From: a bacterium | GTDB lineage: Bacteria > Patescibacteriota > Minisyncoccia > Portnoybacterales > GWB1-42-6 | Reading direction: 5' to 3' | Assembly: GCA_043800535.1 (NCBI GenBank) | Contig: JAZDMV010000009.1 | Span: 1-37,730, forward strand | DNA: 37,730 nt | Shown here: piece after piece, positions 19,508 to 28,055 of the stretch | Layout of the letters: each line of letters begins with the position of its first letter | Position numbering within the stretch: position 1 is the first letter of the stretch | Notes under the pieces: generated by a model | What the model saw: the letters and a program-made list of their open reading frames with translations, nothing else | Database searches by the model: none | What the model was told of the DNA's origin: nothing | Made by a program: the position numbers and the translations under genes

Positions 19508-20332
19508 ATGAAGAAAATATTAATAATTGAAGATGAAAAAGTTCTGCTGGAGGTGTTGCAGAAAAAACTGACAAGCGAAGGATTCCAGGTCGATATTGCG
19601 CAAGACGGCGATGAGGGGATTTTGAAAATGAAAGCAGATAAACCAGACCTGGTGTTGCTTGATATCATCATGCCGAAAAAAGACGGATTTGAGGTTTTGG
19701 CGGCCATGCAGCAGAGCGAGGAACTGTCGGACATACCGGTTGTCATTATTTCAAATTCCGGTCAGCCGGTAGAGATAGACAAAGCGCTGAAGATGGGCGT
19801 CAGAGACTATCTGGTTAAGACAGAATTTGATCCCGAGGAGGTTTCTGAAAAAGTTGTAAAAATTCTTGGTGAGGCGTCTGCTGCGCCAGGGAAAAAGATT
19901 GCTTACACAGAAACAAAACCGCAAGGGAAAAAACCAAACAATGGCACGCCAGGAAACAAGATTTTGATTGTTGAGGATGATAAGTTTTTGAGAGATCTTA
20001 TCATGAAAAAGCTGAAAACCGAGAATTTCGAAACGGTTTTTGCCGTTGACGGCGACGAGGCGCTCAAGAAAGTCAAGGAAGAAAAGCCGGCGCTTATTTT
20101 GCTTGATCTGATACTGCCGGGCATTGACGGCTTTGAAGTGCTTAAACGCTTGAAAAGTGATGTTTCAGAAAGCATAAAAAACATTCCGGTAATAATTTTG
20201 AGCAATCTTGGCCAGAGAGACGACGTTGAGAAGGGCATCAATCTTGGCGCTGTTGATTTTTTGATAAAGGCTCACTTTACGCCAAAAGAGATCATCGATA
20301 AGATAAAGCAGGTTCTGAAAGGCAAAAATTAA
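19508..20332 (+). CDS. Response regulator made of two receiver domains (start MKKILII)
   Basis: KILIIEDE..PDLVLLDIIMP..DGFEVL and KILIVEDD..LILLDLILP..DGFEVL; no output domain. Confidence 0.93.
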   Translation: MKKILIIEDEKVLLEVLQKKLTSEGFQVDIAQDGDEGILKMKADKPDLVLLDIIMPKKDGFEVLAAMQQSEELSDIPVVIISNSGQPVEIDKALKMGVRDYLVKTEFDPEEVSEKVVKILGEASAAPGKKIAYTETKPQGKKPNNGTPGNKILIVEDDKFLRDLIMKKLKTENFETVFAVDGDEALKKVKEEKPALILLDLILPGIDGFEVLKRLKSDVSESIKNIPVIILSNLGQRDDVEKGINLGAVDFLIKAHFTPKEIIDKIKQVLKGKN

Positions 20333-20368
20333 AGGCCTGTTAAGCGATTTTCTATTTAGCTCTATTTA

Positions 20369-21427
20369 ATGAAACGCAAAAAAAGGTGGTGGTTATTTTT
20401 ATATGCATTTTTGATTTTGGCCTTGGCAGCGGGCCTCTTTTTGGTTTGGCGAAAAAAAATGACTTTTAATGTTAGTCCGGGCGGAGAAGGAGAAAATGTT
20501 GGCGGACAGACGCAAGCAACGAACGAGTCTAATTTTGAAAAAAGCCCGATTTCTGGTGTTGCTTGTGAAAATGCCAATCGCCGGCCCCTGGCTGTTATGC
20601 TCAGCGGTGATCAGGAAACTAGACCTCTTTCGGGCTTAGGCCAGGCTGATATAGTTTTTGAAATGCAGGTGGTTGAAGGAAGTATAAATCGTTTTATGGC
20701 GGTTTTCGTCTGCGAAAGCCCAAGCCAGATTGGTTCGGTTAGAAGCGCCCGCCACGATTTTATCCCTTTGGCCGCTGGTCTTGACGCTATCTATGCCCAC
20801 TGGGGTGGCTCGCATTTTGCCCTGGATAAGCTAAATACAGGCATTATCAATAACCTCGATGCTTTGCCAAATCCCTACAATGCTTTTTACCGGCAAAGCG
20901 GCATTGTCGCTCCACACAACGGCTTTACTTCCATGAGCCGCTTGGTCAACGCTTCACAGAGGCTTGGTTATCGGATGGAAAATAAATTTGTCGGATATCC
21001 GCATCTGAATGAATCCGAGACAGTCGCTCATGGCCAGGAGAAAAAAATTTTGGCAGTTGAATACGCCGGTTCTTTCAGGGTCAGCTACCAATATGTTCCG
21101 GAAACCAATTCCTATCTTCGATACCGCGGCGGCACGAAAGAAATAGATGAAAACACAGGAAAGCAAGTTGAGGCAAAAAACATAGTCATAATGCGGGCAG
21201 GGTCGCAGCCATTGGAAGGGGACTATAACGATGTGCAGGTTGAAGGCGAAGGAAAAGCGGAATTTTATTTAAGCGGGCAGACGATAAAAGGCAGCTGGAA
21301 AAAAGATAAAAGCGATATAAAAAGCAGGCTGACTTTTTTGGATGGCAAAGGGGCGCAGATAAAATTTGTGCCCGGACAGATCTGGGTTGAGATTGTGGAT
21401 CCTGGGCAGGCGGTAACGTGGAAATAG
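20369..21427 (+). CDS. DUF3048 / YerB-like membrane-anchored protein
   Basis: RRPLAVM, SGL..ADIVFE..VEG.I.RFMA, IGSVRSAR, HWGGS, APHN, GQIWVEIV. Confidence 0.88.
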   Translation: MKRKKRWWLFLYAFLILALAAGLFLVWRKKMTFNVSPGGEGENVGGQTQATNESNFEKSPISGVACENANRRPLAVMLSGDQETRPLSGLGQADIVFEMQVVEGSINRFMAVFVCESPSQIGSVRSARHDFIPLAAGLDAIYAHWGGSHFALDKLNTGIINNLDALPNPYNAFYRQSGIVAPHNGFTSMSRLVNASQRLGYRMENKFVGYPHLNESETVAHGQEKKILAVEYAGSFRVSYQYVPETNSYLRYRGGTKEIDENTGKQVEAKNIVIMRAGSQPLEGDYNDVQVEGEGKAEFYLSGQTIKGSWKKDKSDIKSRLTFLDGKGAQIKFVPGQIWVEIVDPGQAVTWK

Positions 21428-21463
21428 GATTTTTCCATCGCCTTTATCCAAAGGCGTCAAAGA

Positions 21464-21718
21464 GTTACTTTTTTGATGGCAAAAAAGTAACCAAAAAACC
21501 ACTTGCAGGGCTCCAGTTTTAAGAAAATCGGGTTCGTTCAGCTAAAATTGCCTCGTAAACTTCTCGCTACGCTCGTCGCTCGGCAATTTCTTAGCGCTTC
21601 ACTCACCACGATTTTCTGATAAAACTTACGCCATGCAAGATCGGGCCAAATTTTTCACATGCGCGGTATGCAGAAATCCGTTTCTCCGCGATTTTCTGGC
21701 AAAATTTTCAGATGCAAG
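21464..21718. repeat. Structured dispersed element copy 2 (21464-21639) plus an extra 3'-end copy (21686-21718)
   Basis: Shared 39-bp core; 21686-21718 is 32/33 identical to 3864-3896. Confidence 0.85.
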
Positions 21719-21738
21719 TGAATAATCTTCAATCTCGT

Positions 21739-22692
21739 ATGATTATATTTCTATACGGGCCGGATAGTTATCGGTCCAGTCAAAAATTGAAAGAGATAAT
21801 TGCAGAATATAAGGCTAAACACAAAAGCGGGCTTAATTTTATGCAGCTTGAATGGGCTCCTGAAGTGCCTGACGAAATCAAGAGCGCTTTTTCTTCTTTT
21901 TCAATGTTTGACGAAAAAAAACTGATAGTAATAAAAGGCGCCTCCCAGGCGTCAAAGACAGACCAGGAAAATCTTATTGAACTGCTGACAGGTAAAAAAA
22001 ATGTCAAAGACGACAGCTCTATTGTCGTTTTTTATGAAGCGGGTAAAGCGGAAAAAAATGAGTTGGCAACTTGGCTGAAAAAGAATGCTAAAATGGTTGA
22101 ATGCTTTGAGGCGCTTTCCGGAGCCAATCTTTGTAATTGGATGAAAAAAGACGCCCAAAATTCGGGCGGTGAGATTTCTCCAGGCGCGGCGGAAAAATTA
22201 GCCGCTTTTGTCGGCTCTGACTTGTGGCAGGCGCATAACGAGATAGACAAGCTGGTAAGTTTTAGAGGAGGCAAATTAATTACGGATTCAGACGTTGACT
22301 TGCTCGTCAGATCAAAATATGACCCCAATATTTTTGCCACGATTGACGCTTTGGCAAACCGGAACAAAAATTTGGCTTATAAGCTTATTCATCAGCATCT
22401 TGAGCAGGGCGAGAATGAGATTTATATTTTAACGATGTTTGTGTATCAGTTCAGGAACCTGCTGCAGATAAAAAGCTTAATTGACACAGGAATACCTTCC
22501 GAGGCGCTGGCCAAAAAAACGGGATTGCACCCGTTTGTCATAAAAAAATCTTGGGGAATGTTGAGAAATTTTAGTTTGGATGTTTTGAAGAAGATTTACG
22601 AACGATTAATGAAGTTAGACATTGCCATCAAGCGCGGCAAAATTGAACCGGAAATCGCATTAGACCTAATAGTCGCGGAAATTGCAGGGTAG
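21739..22692 (+). CDS. holA: DNA polymerase III delta subunit (start MIIFLYG)
   Basis: MIIFLYG.D.Y, SMFDEKKLIVI, GSDLW..NEIDKL, GLHPFVIKK; convergent with rpsT. Confidence 0.92.
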   Translation: MIIFLYGPDSYRSSQKLKEIIAEYKAKHKSGLNFMQLEWAPEVPDEIKSAFSSFSMFDEKKLIVIKGASQASKTDQENLIELLTGKKNVKDDSSIVVFYEAGKAEKNELATWLKKNAKMVECFEALSGANLCNWMKKDAQNSGGEISPGAAEKLAAFVGSDLWQAHNEIDKLVSFRGGKLITDSDVDLLVRSKYDPNIFATIDALANRNKNLAYKLIHQHLEQGENEIYILTMFVYQFRNLLQIKSLIDTGIPSEALAKKTGLHPFVIKKSWGMLRNFSLDVLKKIYERLMKLDIAIKRGKIEPEIALDLIVAEIAG

Positions 22693-22702
22693 CCACCCAT
22701 AG

Positions 22703-22836
22703 TGTCATCCCGGGCTCCCGCCATGCTTCGCCTTGCGAAGCATGGCGGGCGGGTGACCCGGGATCCAGATGATTTAACCTGGATTCCCGCTTTCGCTCGC
22801 CTCGCTGGAGCTTCGGCGAAGCGGGCGGGAATGGCA
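22703..22836. repeat. TGTCAT-family element with two secondary palindromes nested in its hairpins
   Basis: Equals the 26800-type element plus inserts at 22717-22753 and 22797-22826. Confidence 0.85.
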
Positions 22837-22845
22837 GATTGAAAC

Positions 22846-22870
22846 AAAAAACCCGGCAGAGCCGGGTTTT
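22846..22870. terminator. Bidirectional intrinsic terminator between holA and rpsT
   Basis: aaaaaacccggc aga gccgggtttt. Confidence 0.8.
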
Positions 22871-22900
22871 GATATCCTAATTTCCTAATATCAATAATGT

Positions 22901-23158
22901 CTATTTATTCAGCATTTTCATTAAGCGAGACTTTTTACGGCCGGCCGTATTCTTTTTGATTATTCCTCTTTTGGCTGCCTTATCTATTGCCTGATAGGCG
23001 GAAGATATTATTTTTTTTGCTTCGTCCTTTTGGCCGACGGCAACCAGCCTCATTATTTTTTTTGTCGTGTCTTTGACCGCTTTGGCCCGCGCTAAATTAA
23101 GCACCCGGTGCTTTTTTGTCTGTCTTAAATACTTTTTGGCGGATTCTTTAATAGGCAT
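22901..23158 (-). CDS. rpsT: 30S ribosomal protein S20
   Basis: SAKK.LRQ..K....N, IDKAAKRGIIKKNTAGRKKSRL. Confidence 0.97.
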   Translation of the reverse strand: MPIKESAKKYLRQTKKHRVLNLARAKAVKDTTKKIMRLVAVGQKDEAKKIISSAYQAIDKAAKRGIIKKNTAGRKKSRLMKMLNK

Positions 23159-23230
23159 ATTTATTTAGTTTATCAGTTTGTCAGTTATCAGTTTTGCATT
23201 AAGAGCATATCAGATAATCGGTTTTTTGGC

Positions 23231-23260
23231 AAGAAAAAGGCACTCTTTTAATGAGTGCCC
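23231..23260 (-). terminator. Intrinsic terminator of the 59-aa gene
   Basis: Minus strand ggcactc-attaaaa-gagtgcc-tttttctt. Confidence 0.75.
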
Positions 23261-23288
23261 AAAAATAATGTGCATATTTCTCCCTTGG

Positions 23289-23468
23289 CTATTCTTTGTA
23301 GATTACTACCCGTGTTAATAGTGGAGTTTGGCCGAGCATGTGCACCGTGTCTTGAATGGAAAGAATATCTTCGGGCTTCAATTCGTTTATCTTCTTATCA
23401 AGCTCGTCTAGGGCGACATCAAGGCCCACCTTGGTCACTACCGCACAATAACTTTTTACCTTTGCCAT
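23289..23468 (-). CDS. 59-aa hypothetical protein (below the ORF-track cutoff)
   Basis: GAAAGGAGG SD; MAKVKSYCAVVTKVGLDVALDELDKKINELKPEDILSIQDTVHMLGQTPLLTRVVIYKE*; own terminator. Confidence 0.8.
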   Translation of the reverse strand: MAKVKSYCAVVTKVGLDVALDELDKKINELKPEDILSIQDTVHMLGQTPLLTRVVIYKE

Positions 23469-23531
23469 GCTGATTTCCTCCTTTCATGAGATTCAGATTT
23501 TTTTGTATCTTATCAGCGTATAAAAATAAAG

Positions 23532-25691
23532 TCAATGCTTTGATTTTTTGGCTGATATGTTTTTCAGTTTATTTATTTCCGCCTGTAACCTCATCGCCTC
23601 GTCAAATTGGAGATTGCGGTTGGCAAGGGACATTTTAAATTCAAGCTCTTTGATGTATTCGTCCAGATATTCTTTTTCGGTTCTGGGGTTAATGGCGGGC
23701 CTGGTAACCTCTACGATGCTCGGGCGAATTGGTTTTTTGATAGCTTGTGGTTGCAGGCCATGTTCTCTGTTGTGTTTTTCCTGAATTTTCCGGCGCCGGT
23801 TGGTTTCGTCAATCGCGCGGCGCATGGAGCCGGTGATTTTATCCGCATACATAATAACTCTGCCTTGCGGGTGGCGGGAGGCGCGGCCCATGGTCTGAAT
23901 AAGCGTTGTATCGTTTCTTAAAAATCCTTCTTTGTCAGCGTCTAGAATGGCGACGAGGCCGACTTCCGGTAGATCCAGACCTTCTCTTAATAAATTTATG
24001 CCTACCAAAACATCCACTTTTCCCATACGTAGATCTTTCAAGATTTCCGGTCGCTCAAGTGTTTTGATCTCTGAATGCAGGTATTGGGCTTTGATGCCTG
24101 CATCCTGAAGATACTCTGATAAGTCCTCGGCCATGCGCTTAGTCATAGTTGTGACTAGCACCCTGGCATCGCTTTTGACCGCCTCTTTTATCTGTTTGAT
24201 CAAATGTGGAATTTGGTTTTTGGTTGAACGGACTTCAATTTTCGGGTCAAGCAGGCCGGTGGGGCGGATGAGCTGCTGGACGACGCAAGTATCATTGTCA
24301 TTGCGAGCGAGTCCCGCTTTGCGAGACGAGCGCGGCAATCCCGAAGTATTACTACTGTCGCCGGCAACGGTTGTTTTCCACGGGATTGCTTCGCCCCGCA
24401 ATTGCGGGGCTCGCAACGACCCGCATTGACGGGTCGATTTTTTCAGTTCATACGCCCCAGGCGTGGCTGAAGTATAAATTATTTGGCCTGTTCGTTGCTC
24501 AAACTCCTTGAACTTCAGCGGTCGGTTATCAATGGCCGAGGGCAGGCGGAAGCCGTATTCAACCAGGATTTTTTTGCGCGCTTCGTCACCAGCCGACATG
24601 CCATTGAGCTGGGGAATAGTCATATGCGATTCGTCAATTATGATTAAGAAATCATTTGACGAATTTTGCGAATTGTTTACGAATTTATGCGAATGCGCGA
24701 AGTAGTCCAGTAATGTAAATGGTGGCTCGCCGGGCTTGCGAAATTCAAGATGGCGCGAATAATTTTCTATGCCGTGGCAAAAGCCGGTTTCTTTCATCAT
24801 CTCCAGGTCAAAATTGGTGCGGCGGGCAAGCCGTTCGGCTTCCAGGGGTTTTTTGTGGCGTCTGAACTTCGCTAATTGGCCTTCTAACTCAATTCTGATG
24901 TTTTTCATGGCCAGAACGACTTTTTGTTCCGGAGCCACCCAGTATTTGGCAGGAAAGACAAGGGCCGATTCAATTTCATTTTCCTTGCCGGCCTTTAGAA
25001 TATTATTTGGCAGATTAACTTCAATTATTTTTTCTATCTCGTTGCCAAAAAAATCAAATTTTAAGATCTGTTCGCCGGTGGCGTTCCAGACCTCAACCAG
25101 GTCGCCCAGAACCCGGAAAGTGCCGCGTTTAAAATCAATGTCCTGGCGCTGATATTGTAAACTGGTTAAATGGCGCAAAAATTTCTGACGGCTCAAAAAT
25201 TGGCCTTTTTTGAATTCTAGGCTCATCTCTCTGTATTCTTCCGGCGAGCCGATGTTATAGATGCAGGAAACCGAAGCGACAATTATCACGTCATCTCTTG
25301 AAAGCAGAGCTTGCGTGGCGGCGTGGCGTAGACGGTCAATCTCGTCGTTAATCTTGGAGTCCTTATCTATATATGTATCGGTCTGCGGGATATAGGCTTC
25401 GGGCTGGTAGTAATCATAATAAGACACAAAAAAATGCACCGAATTTTCAGGAAAAAATTCTTTGAACTCCTGATACAATTGGGCGGCCAGGGCTTTGTTA
25501 TGAGAAATAACAAGTGTAGGTTTCTGCACACGCTCAATTACATTCGCCATGGTAAAAGTTTTGCCTGAACCCGTCACGCCCAAAAGCGTCTGGTGTTTAG
25601 CGCCGGATTGTAAATTTTCTGTTAGTTTTTCAATTGCCGCCGGTTGGTCGCCGGTGGGCTTGAATGGGGCGTGAAGTTTGAAAGTTGACAT
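23532..25691 (-). CDS. uvrB: Excinuclease ABC subunit B, with two repeat-derived in-frame insertions
   Basis: PTGDQP, GVTGSGKTFT, FVSYYDYYQPEAY, IDESH, SATPG, RPTGLLDP, GINLLREGLD. Confidence 0.98.
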   Translation of the reverse strand: MSTFKLHAPFKPTGDQPAAIEKLTENLQSGAKHQTLLGVTGSGKTFTMANVIERVQKPTLVISHNKALAAQLYQEFKEFFPENSVHFFVSYYDYYQPEAYIPQTDTYIDKDSKINDEIDRLRHAATQALLSRDDVIIVASVSCIYNIGSPEEYREMSLEFKKGQFLSRQKFLRHLTSLQYQRQDIDFKRGTFRVLGDLVEVWNATGEQILKFDFFGNEIEKIIEVNLPNNILKAGKENEIESALVFPAKYWVAPEQKVVLAMKNIRIELEGQLAKFRRHKKPLEAERLARRTNFDLEMMKETGFCHGIENYSRHLEFRKPGEPPFTLLDYFAHSHKFVNNSQNSSNDFLIIIDESHMTIPQLNGMSAGDEARKKILVEYGFRLPSAIDNRPLKFKEFEQRTGQIIYTSATPGAYELKKSTRQCGSLRAPQLRGEAIPWKTTVAGDSSNTSGLPRSSRKAGLARNDNDTCVVQQLIRPTGLLDPKIEVRSTKNQIPHLIKQIKEAVKSDARVLVTTMTKRMAEDLSEYLQDAGIKAQYLHSEIKTLERPEILKDLRMGKVDVLVGINLLREGLDLPEVGLVAILDADKEGFLRNDTTLIQTMGRASRHPQGRVIMYADKITGSMRRAIDETNRRRKIQEKHNREHGLQPQAIKKPIRPSIVEVTRPAINPRTEKEYLDEYIKELEFKMSLANRNLQFDEAMRLQAEINKLKNISAKKSKH
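24296..24420. repeat. TGTCAT-family palindromic element in frame inside uvrB
   Basis: tgtcattgcgag...ggcaatcccg...cgggattgcttcg...ctcgcaacgac; resembles 1434-1521. Confidence 0.9.
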
Positions 25692-25746
25692 ATATTTCTA
25701 ATACTATATGATTAATGTAATAAAATATTGGTTAAGGAGGGAGAGT

Positions 25747-26013
25747 ATGAAAAGTCTAACAACGGAAGAAAAGTTTGCTTATGCAAATCAGTTGGCGATT
25801 ACTTTAGCGAATAAAGTCGGGGGAGGAAAAAGCTCATCTACCGAGAAGGAAAGCTTGATTGTTGGTTTCGTCGCGCATATTATGGGAAAAATTGCTGAAA
25901 AGGAAATAAGTTTTGAAGATTTAGAGCAGTGGGCAAGGGATATTGTATTCAAACTTGGGATAACCCTTGAAGAACCAATTTTCCTTAATGATCTTAACTG
26001 CGGGGAGGCATAA
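25747..26013 (+). CDS. Small helical hypothetical protein (start MKSLTT)
   Basis: TAAGGAGG SD; followed by a terminator. Confidence 0.72.
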   Translation: MKSLTTEEKFAYANQLAITLANKVGGGKSSSTEKESLIVGFVAHIMGKIAEKEISFEDLEQWARDIVFKLGITLEEPIFLNDLNCGEA

Positions 26014-26033
26014 ATATAGTAGCCGTGACCTCA

Positions 26034-26066
26034 GGGGCAAGACTGAAGAATGTCTTGCCCTTTTTT
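26034..26066 (+). terminator. Intrinsic terminator
   Basis: gggcaagac-loop-gtcttgccc-tttttt. Confidence 0.8.
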
Positions 26067-26113
26067 ATTTGAATTTCCCGGGGGCAAGGGGTATACTGGA
26101 AATATGATTTATA

Positions 26114-26201
26114 CCCCTCTTTTGTAAAGAGGGGCTAGGGGAGATTTATTTTTTACATAATGTCCGTAAATCCCTCTTACCCTCCCTTTACGAAAGGGAG
26201 G
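26114..26201. repeat. C/G-run double-hairpin element upstream of ruvA
   Basis: cccctcttttgtaaagaggggctaggggagattt ... aaatccctcttaccctccctttacgaaagggagg. Confidence 0.85.
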
Positions 26202-26211
26202 AACAAGAAAA

Positions 26212-26790
26212 ATGATCTCATCCTTAGAAGGTAAAATCGCGCTAAAGACAGAAAAATACTTTATTCTGGAAGCTAACAGTGTTGGCTATAAGGTTTTTTG
26301 TTCCGAGAAAACCCTAGGTAAAATACCACAGGTTGGTGGTTCTGTAAAATTATACACCTATCTTTCGGTTAAGGAAACGGGCTGGGATCTGTTCGGATTT
26401 CTGACTTTTGAGGAGCTGGACTTGTTTGAGCTTCTGATAACTATTCCAGGCATCGGGCCAAAGACAGCGATGAATATTCTTGGCGTGGCTTCGGTGGCTG
26501 ACCTGCAGGAAGCAATAGTTTTGGGAGATGAAACAATTTTGGGCAAGGTTTCTGGCATCGGTAAAAAAATGGCGCAAAAGATTGTTTTGGAGCTAAAATC
26601 AAAAGTCAAAAAAATATCAAAGGGTGATGGTTCCGGCGTGGCCGGCGACATAGAAGTGATTGATGCTTTGGTCTCGCTTGGCTACCGGGTTTATGAAGTC
26701 AGAGAAGTGTTGCAAAAATTGCCGGCTGAAATCAGGGGGGTTGAAAATAGGGTCAAAGAAACTTTGAAGAGATTAGGCAAGACAAAATGA
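26212..26790 (+). CDS. ruvA: Holliday junction branch migration protein RuvA
   Basis: MI..LEG, VGY.V, LFGF...E..LFELL..IPGIGPKTA, VSGIGKK.AQKIVLELK, ALVSLGY. Confidence 0.97.
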   Translation: MISSLEGKIALKTEKYFILEANSVGYKVFCSEKTLGKIPQVGGSVKLYTYLSVKETGWDLFGFLTFEELDLFELLITIPGIGPKTAMNILGVASVADLQEAIVLGDETILGKVSGIGKKMAQKIVLELKSKVKKISKGDGSGVAGDIEVIDALVSLGYRVYEVREVLQKLPAEIRGVENRVKETLKRLGKTK

Positions 26791-26799
26791 CACAACTTG

Positions 26800-26863
26800 T
26801 GTCATCCCGGGCTTGACCCGGGATCCAGATCTAACCTGGATTCCGGCTTCCGCCGGAATGACA
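26800..26863. repeat. Minimal TGTCAT-family element
   Basis: tgtcatcccgggcttgacccgggatccag...ctggattccggcttccgccggaatgaca. Confidence 0.9.
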
Positions 26864-26873
26864 ATATGGAAGA

Positions 26874-27956
26874 ATGGTAGAAATTGGAGCTGATAATATT
26901 AGAAAACGCGATTGGAACCGTTTTGTGATGGAGCAAAACGGTAGTTTTTTACAATCTTATGAATGGGGCGAATTTCAGAGATTGCTTGGCCGCGAGGTAT
27001 TTTTTTTGCGGGATATAAACTGGCAAGCGCTAATCGTTAAGTACCAGATGCCTCTTGGCAAAAATTATCTTTATTGCCCGCACGGCCCGGTCTTGGCGGC
27101 TAACATAAAAATATGCGGGTTTTTGGAACAGTTGCAGGATTTGGCAAAAAAAGAGAAGTCGGTTTTTTTGAGAGTTGAGCCCCTCACAAATCCCTCCGGG
27201 ATTGTTCGGGGTAAACTAGCGAATTGCACGAAGGAAGACTTATCGGAATTATGTTTTGTAAAGTCCAAAGACATTCAACCACATAAAACCCTGGTTTTGG
27301 ATCTGAATTTGAGTGAAGGAGAATTGTTGGCAGAGATGCACGAGAAAACGAGGTATAACATAGGGTTGGCGCGGCGGCGTGGAGTTACGGTAAAAACTGC
27401 CAAATACAACGGGGAGGATTTTAATAATTTTTGGGATTTATTGAATCAGACGGCGCGTAGGCAGAAAATCAGGTTGTTTGGAGAAGAATATTATAGAAAG
27501 CAGTTGGAAATAGGAAATAACGCCCCCCACCCCCCTCTTAATTTAAGAGGGGGAGGGAATACGAGTGCAATTCCCTCTCTTATTTTAAGAGAGGGTGAGG
27601 GTGAGTTAAATTTTCAGGACTTGCTTTTTATTGCCGAATTTCAAGATAAACCAATCGCTGCAAATATGGTAAATATATTTGGTGGCCGCGCGACTTATCT
27701 GCACGGCGGGTTGGATAATGAATACAGAAGCTTAATGTCCCCGCACTTGTTGCAGTGGGAGCAGATAAAATACACCAAAAATATTGGCTGCAAAATCTAT
27801 GATTTCTGGGGCTGTGACGAACAGAAATGGCCGGGAGTCAGCCGTTTCAAGCGCGGCTTTGGGGGTCGTGAAATTGAATGGTGCGGCACGCATGATTATA
27901 TCTTTGATAAATTCTGGTATAAGATTTATAAAGTGGCAAGGATTATTTTAAGATAA
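26874..27956 (+). CDS. FemABX-family peptidoglycan aminoacyltransferase with two repeat-derived insertions
   Basis: FLQSYEWGEF, YCPHGP, FLRVEP, KTRYNI.LA.R.GV, LLQWE.I, YDFWG, GV.RFKRGFGG. Confidence 0.93.
   Translation: MVEIGADNIRKRDWNRFVMEQNGSFLQSYEWGEFQRLLGREVFFLRDINWQALIVKYQMPLGKNYLYCPHGPVLAANIKICGFLEQLQDLAKKEKSVFLRVEPLTNPSGIVRGKLANCTKEDLSELCFVKSKDIQPHKTLVLDLNLSEGELLAEMHEKTRYNIGLARRRGVTVKTAKYNGEDFNNFWDLLNQTARRQKIRLFGEEYYRKQLEIGNNAPHPPLNLRGGGNTSAIPSLILREGEGELNFQDLLFIAEFQDKPIAANMVNIFGGRATYLHGGLDNEYRSLMSPHLLQWEQIKYTKNIGCKIYDFWGCDEQKWPGVSRFKRGFGGREIEWCGTHDYIFDKFWYKIYKVARIILR
27518..27608. repeat. C/G-run double-hairpin element in frame inside femABX
   Basis: ccccctcttaatttaagaggggg ... ccctctcttattttaagagaggg; encodes NAPHPPLNLRGGGNTSAIPSLILREGEGEL. 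Confidence 0.88.
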
Positions 27957-27964
27957 AAATTTTC

Positions 27965-28052
27965 TGTCATTCCGAGCGTAGCGAGGAATCTCCCGCGGAT
28001 GCGGGGCCGACATAAAGTCGGAGATTCTTCGGCCTTTGGCCTCAGAATGACA
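27965..28052. repeat. TGTCAT-family element
   Basis: tgtcattccgagcgtagcgaggaatctcc...ggagattcttcggcctttggcctcagaatgaca. Confidence 0.88.
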
Positions 28053-28055
28053 ATT

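Noticed and set aside
23255-23473. 72-aa plus-strand ORF in the track
   Set aside because: The 59-aa minus-strand ORF has an SD, a terminator and a more protein-like sequence
24296-24420. UvrB insert as an intein or intron
   Set aside because: Too short, no intein N/C-terminal motifs or group I/II features, and it matches an intergenic repeat family
25685-25690. TTGACA as a -35 element for the 25747 gene
   Set aside because: It is the reverse complement of the uvrB ATG-TCA start and has no properly spaced -10
138-26790. ruvA, ruvB and ruvC dispersed rather than in one operon
   Set aside because: Common rearrangement; all three look intact
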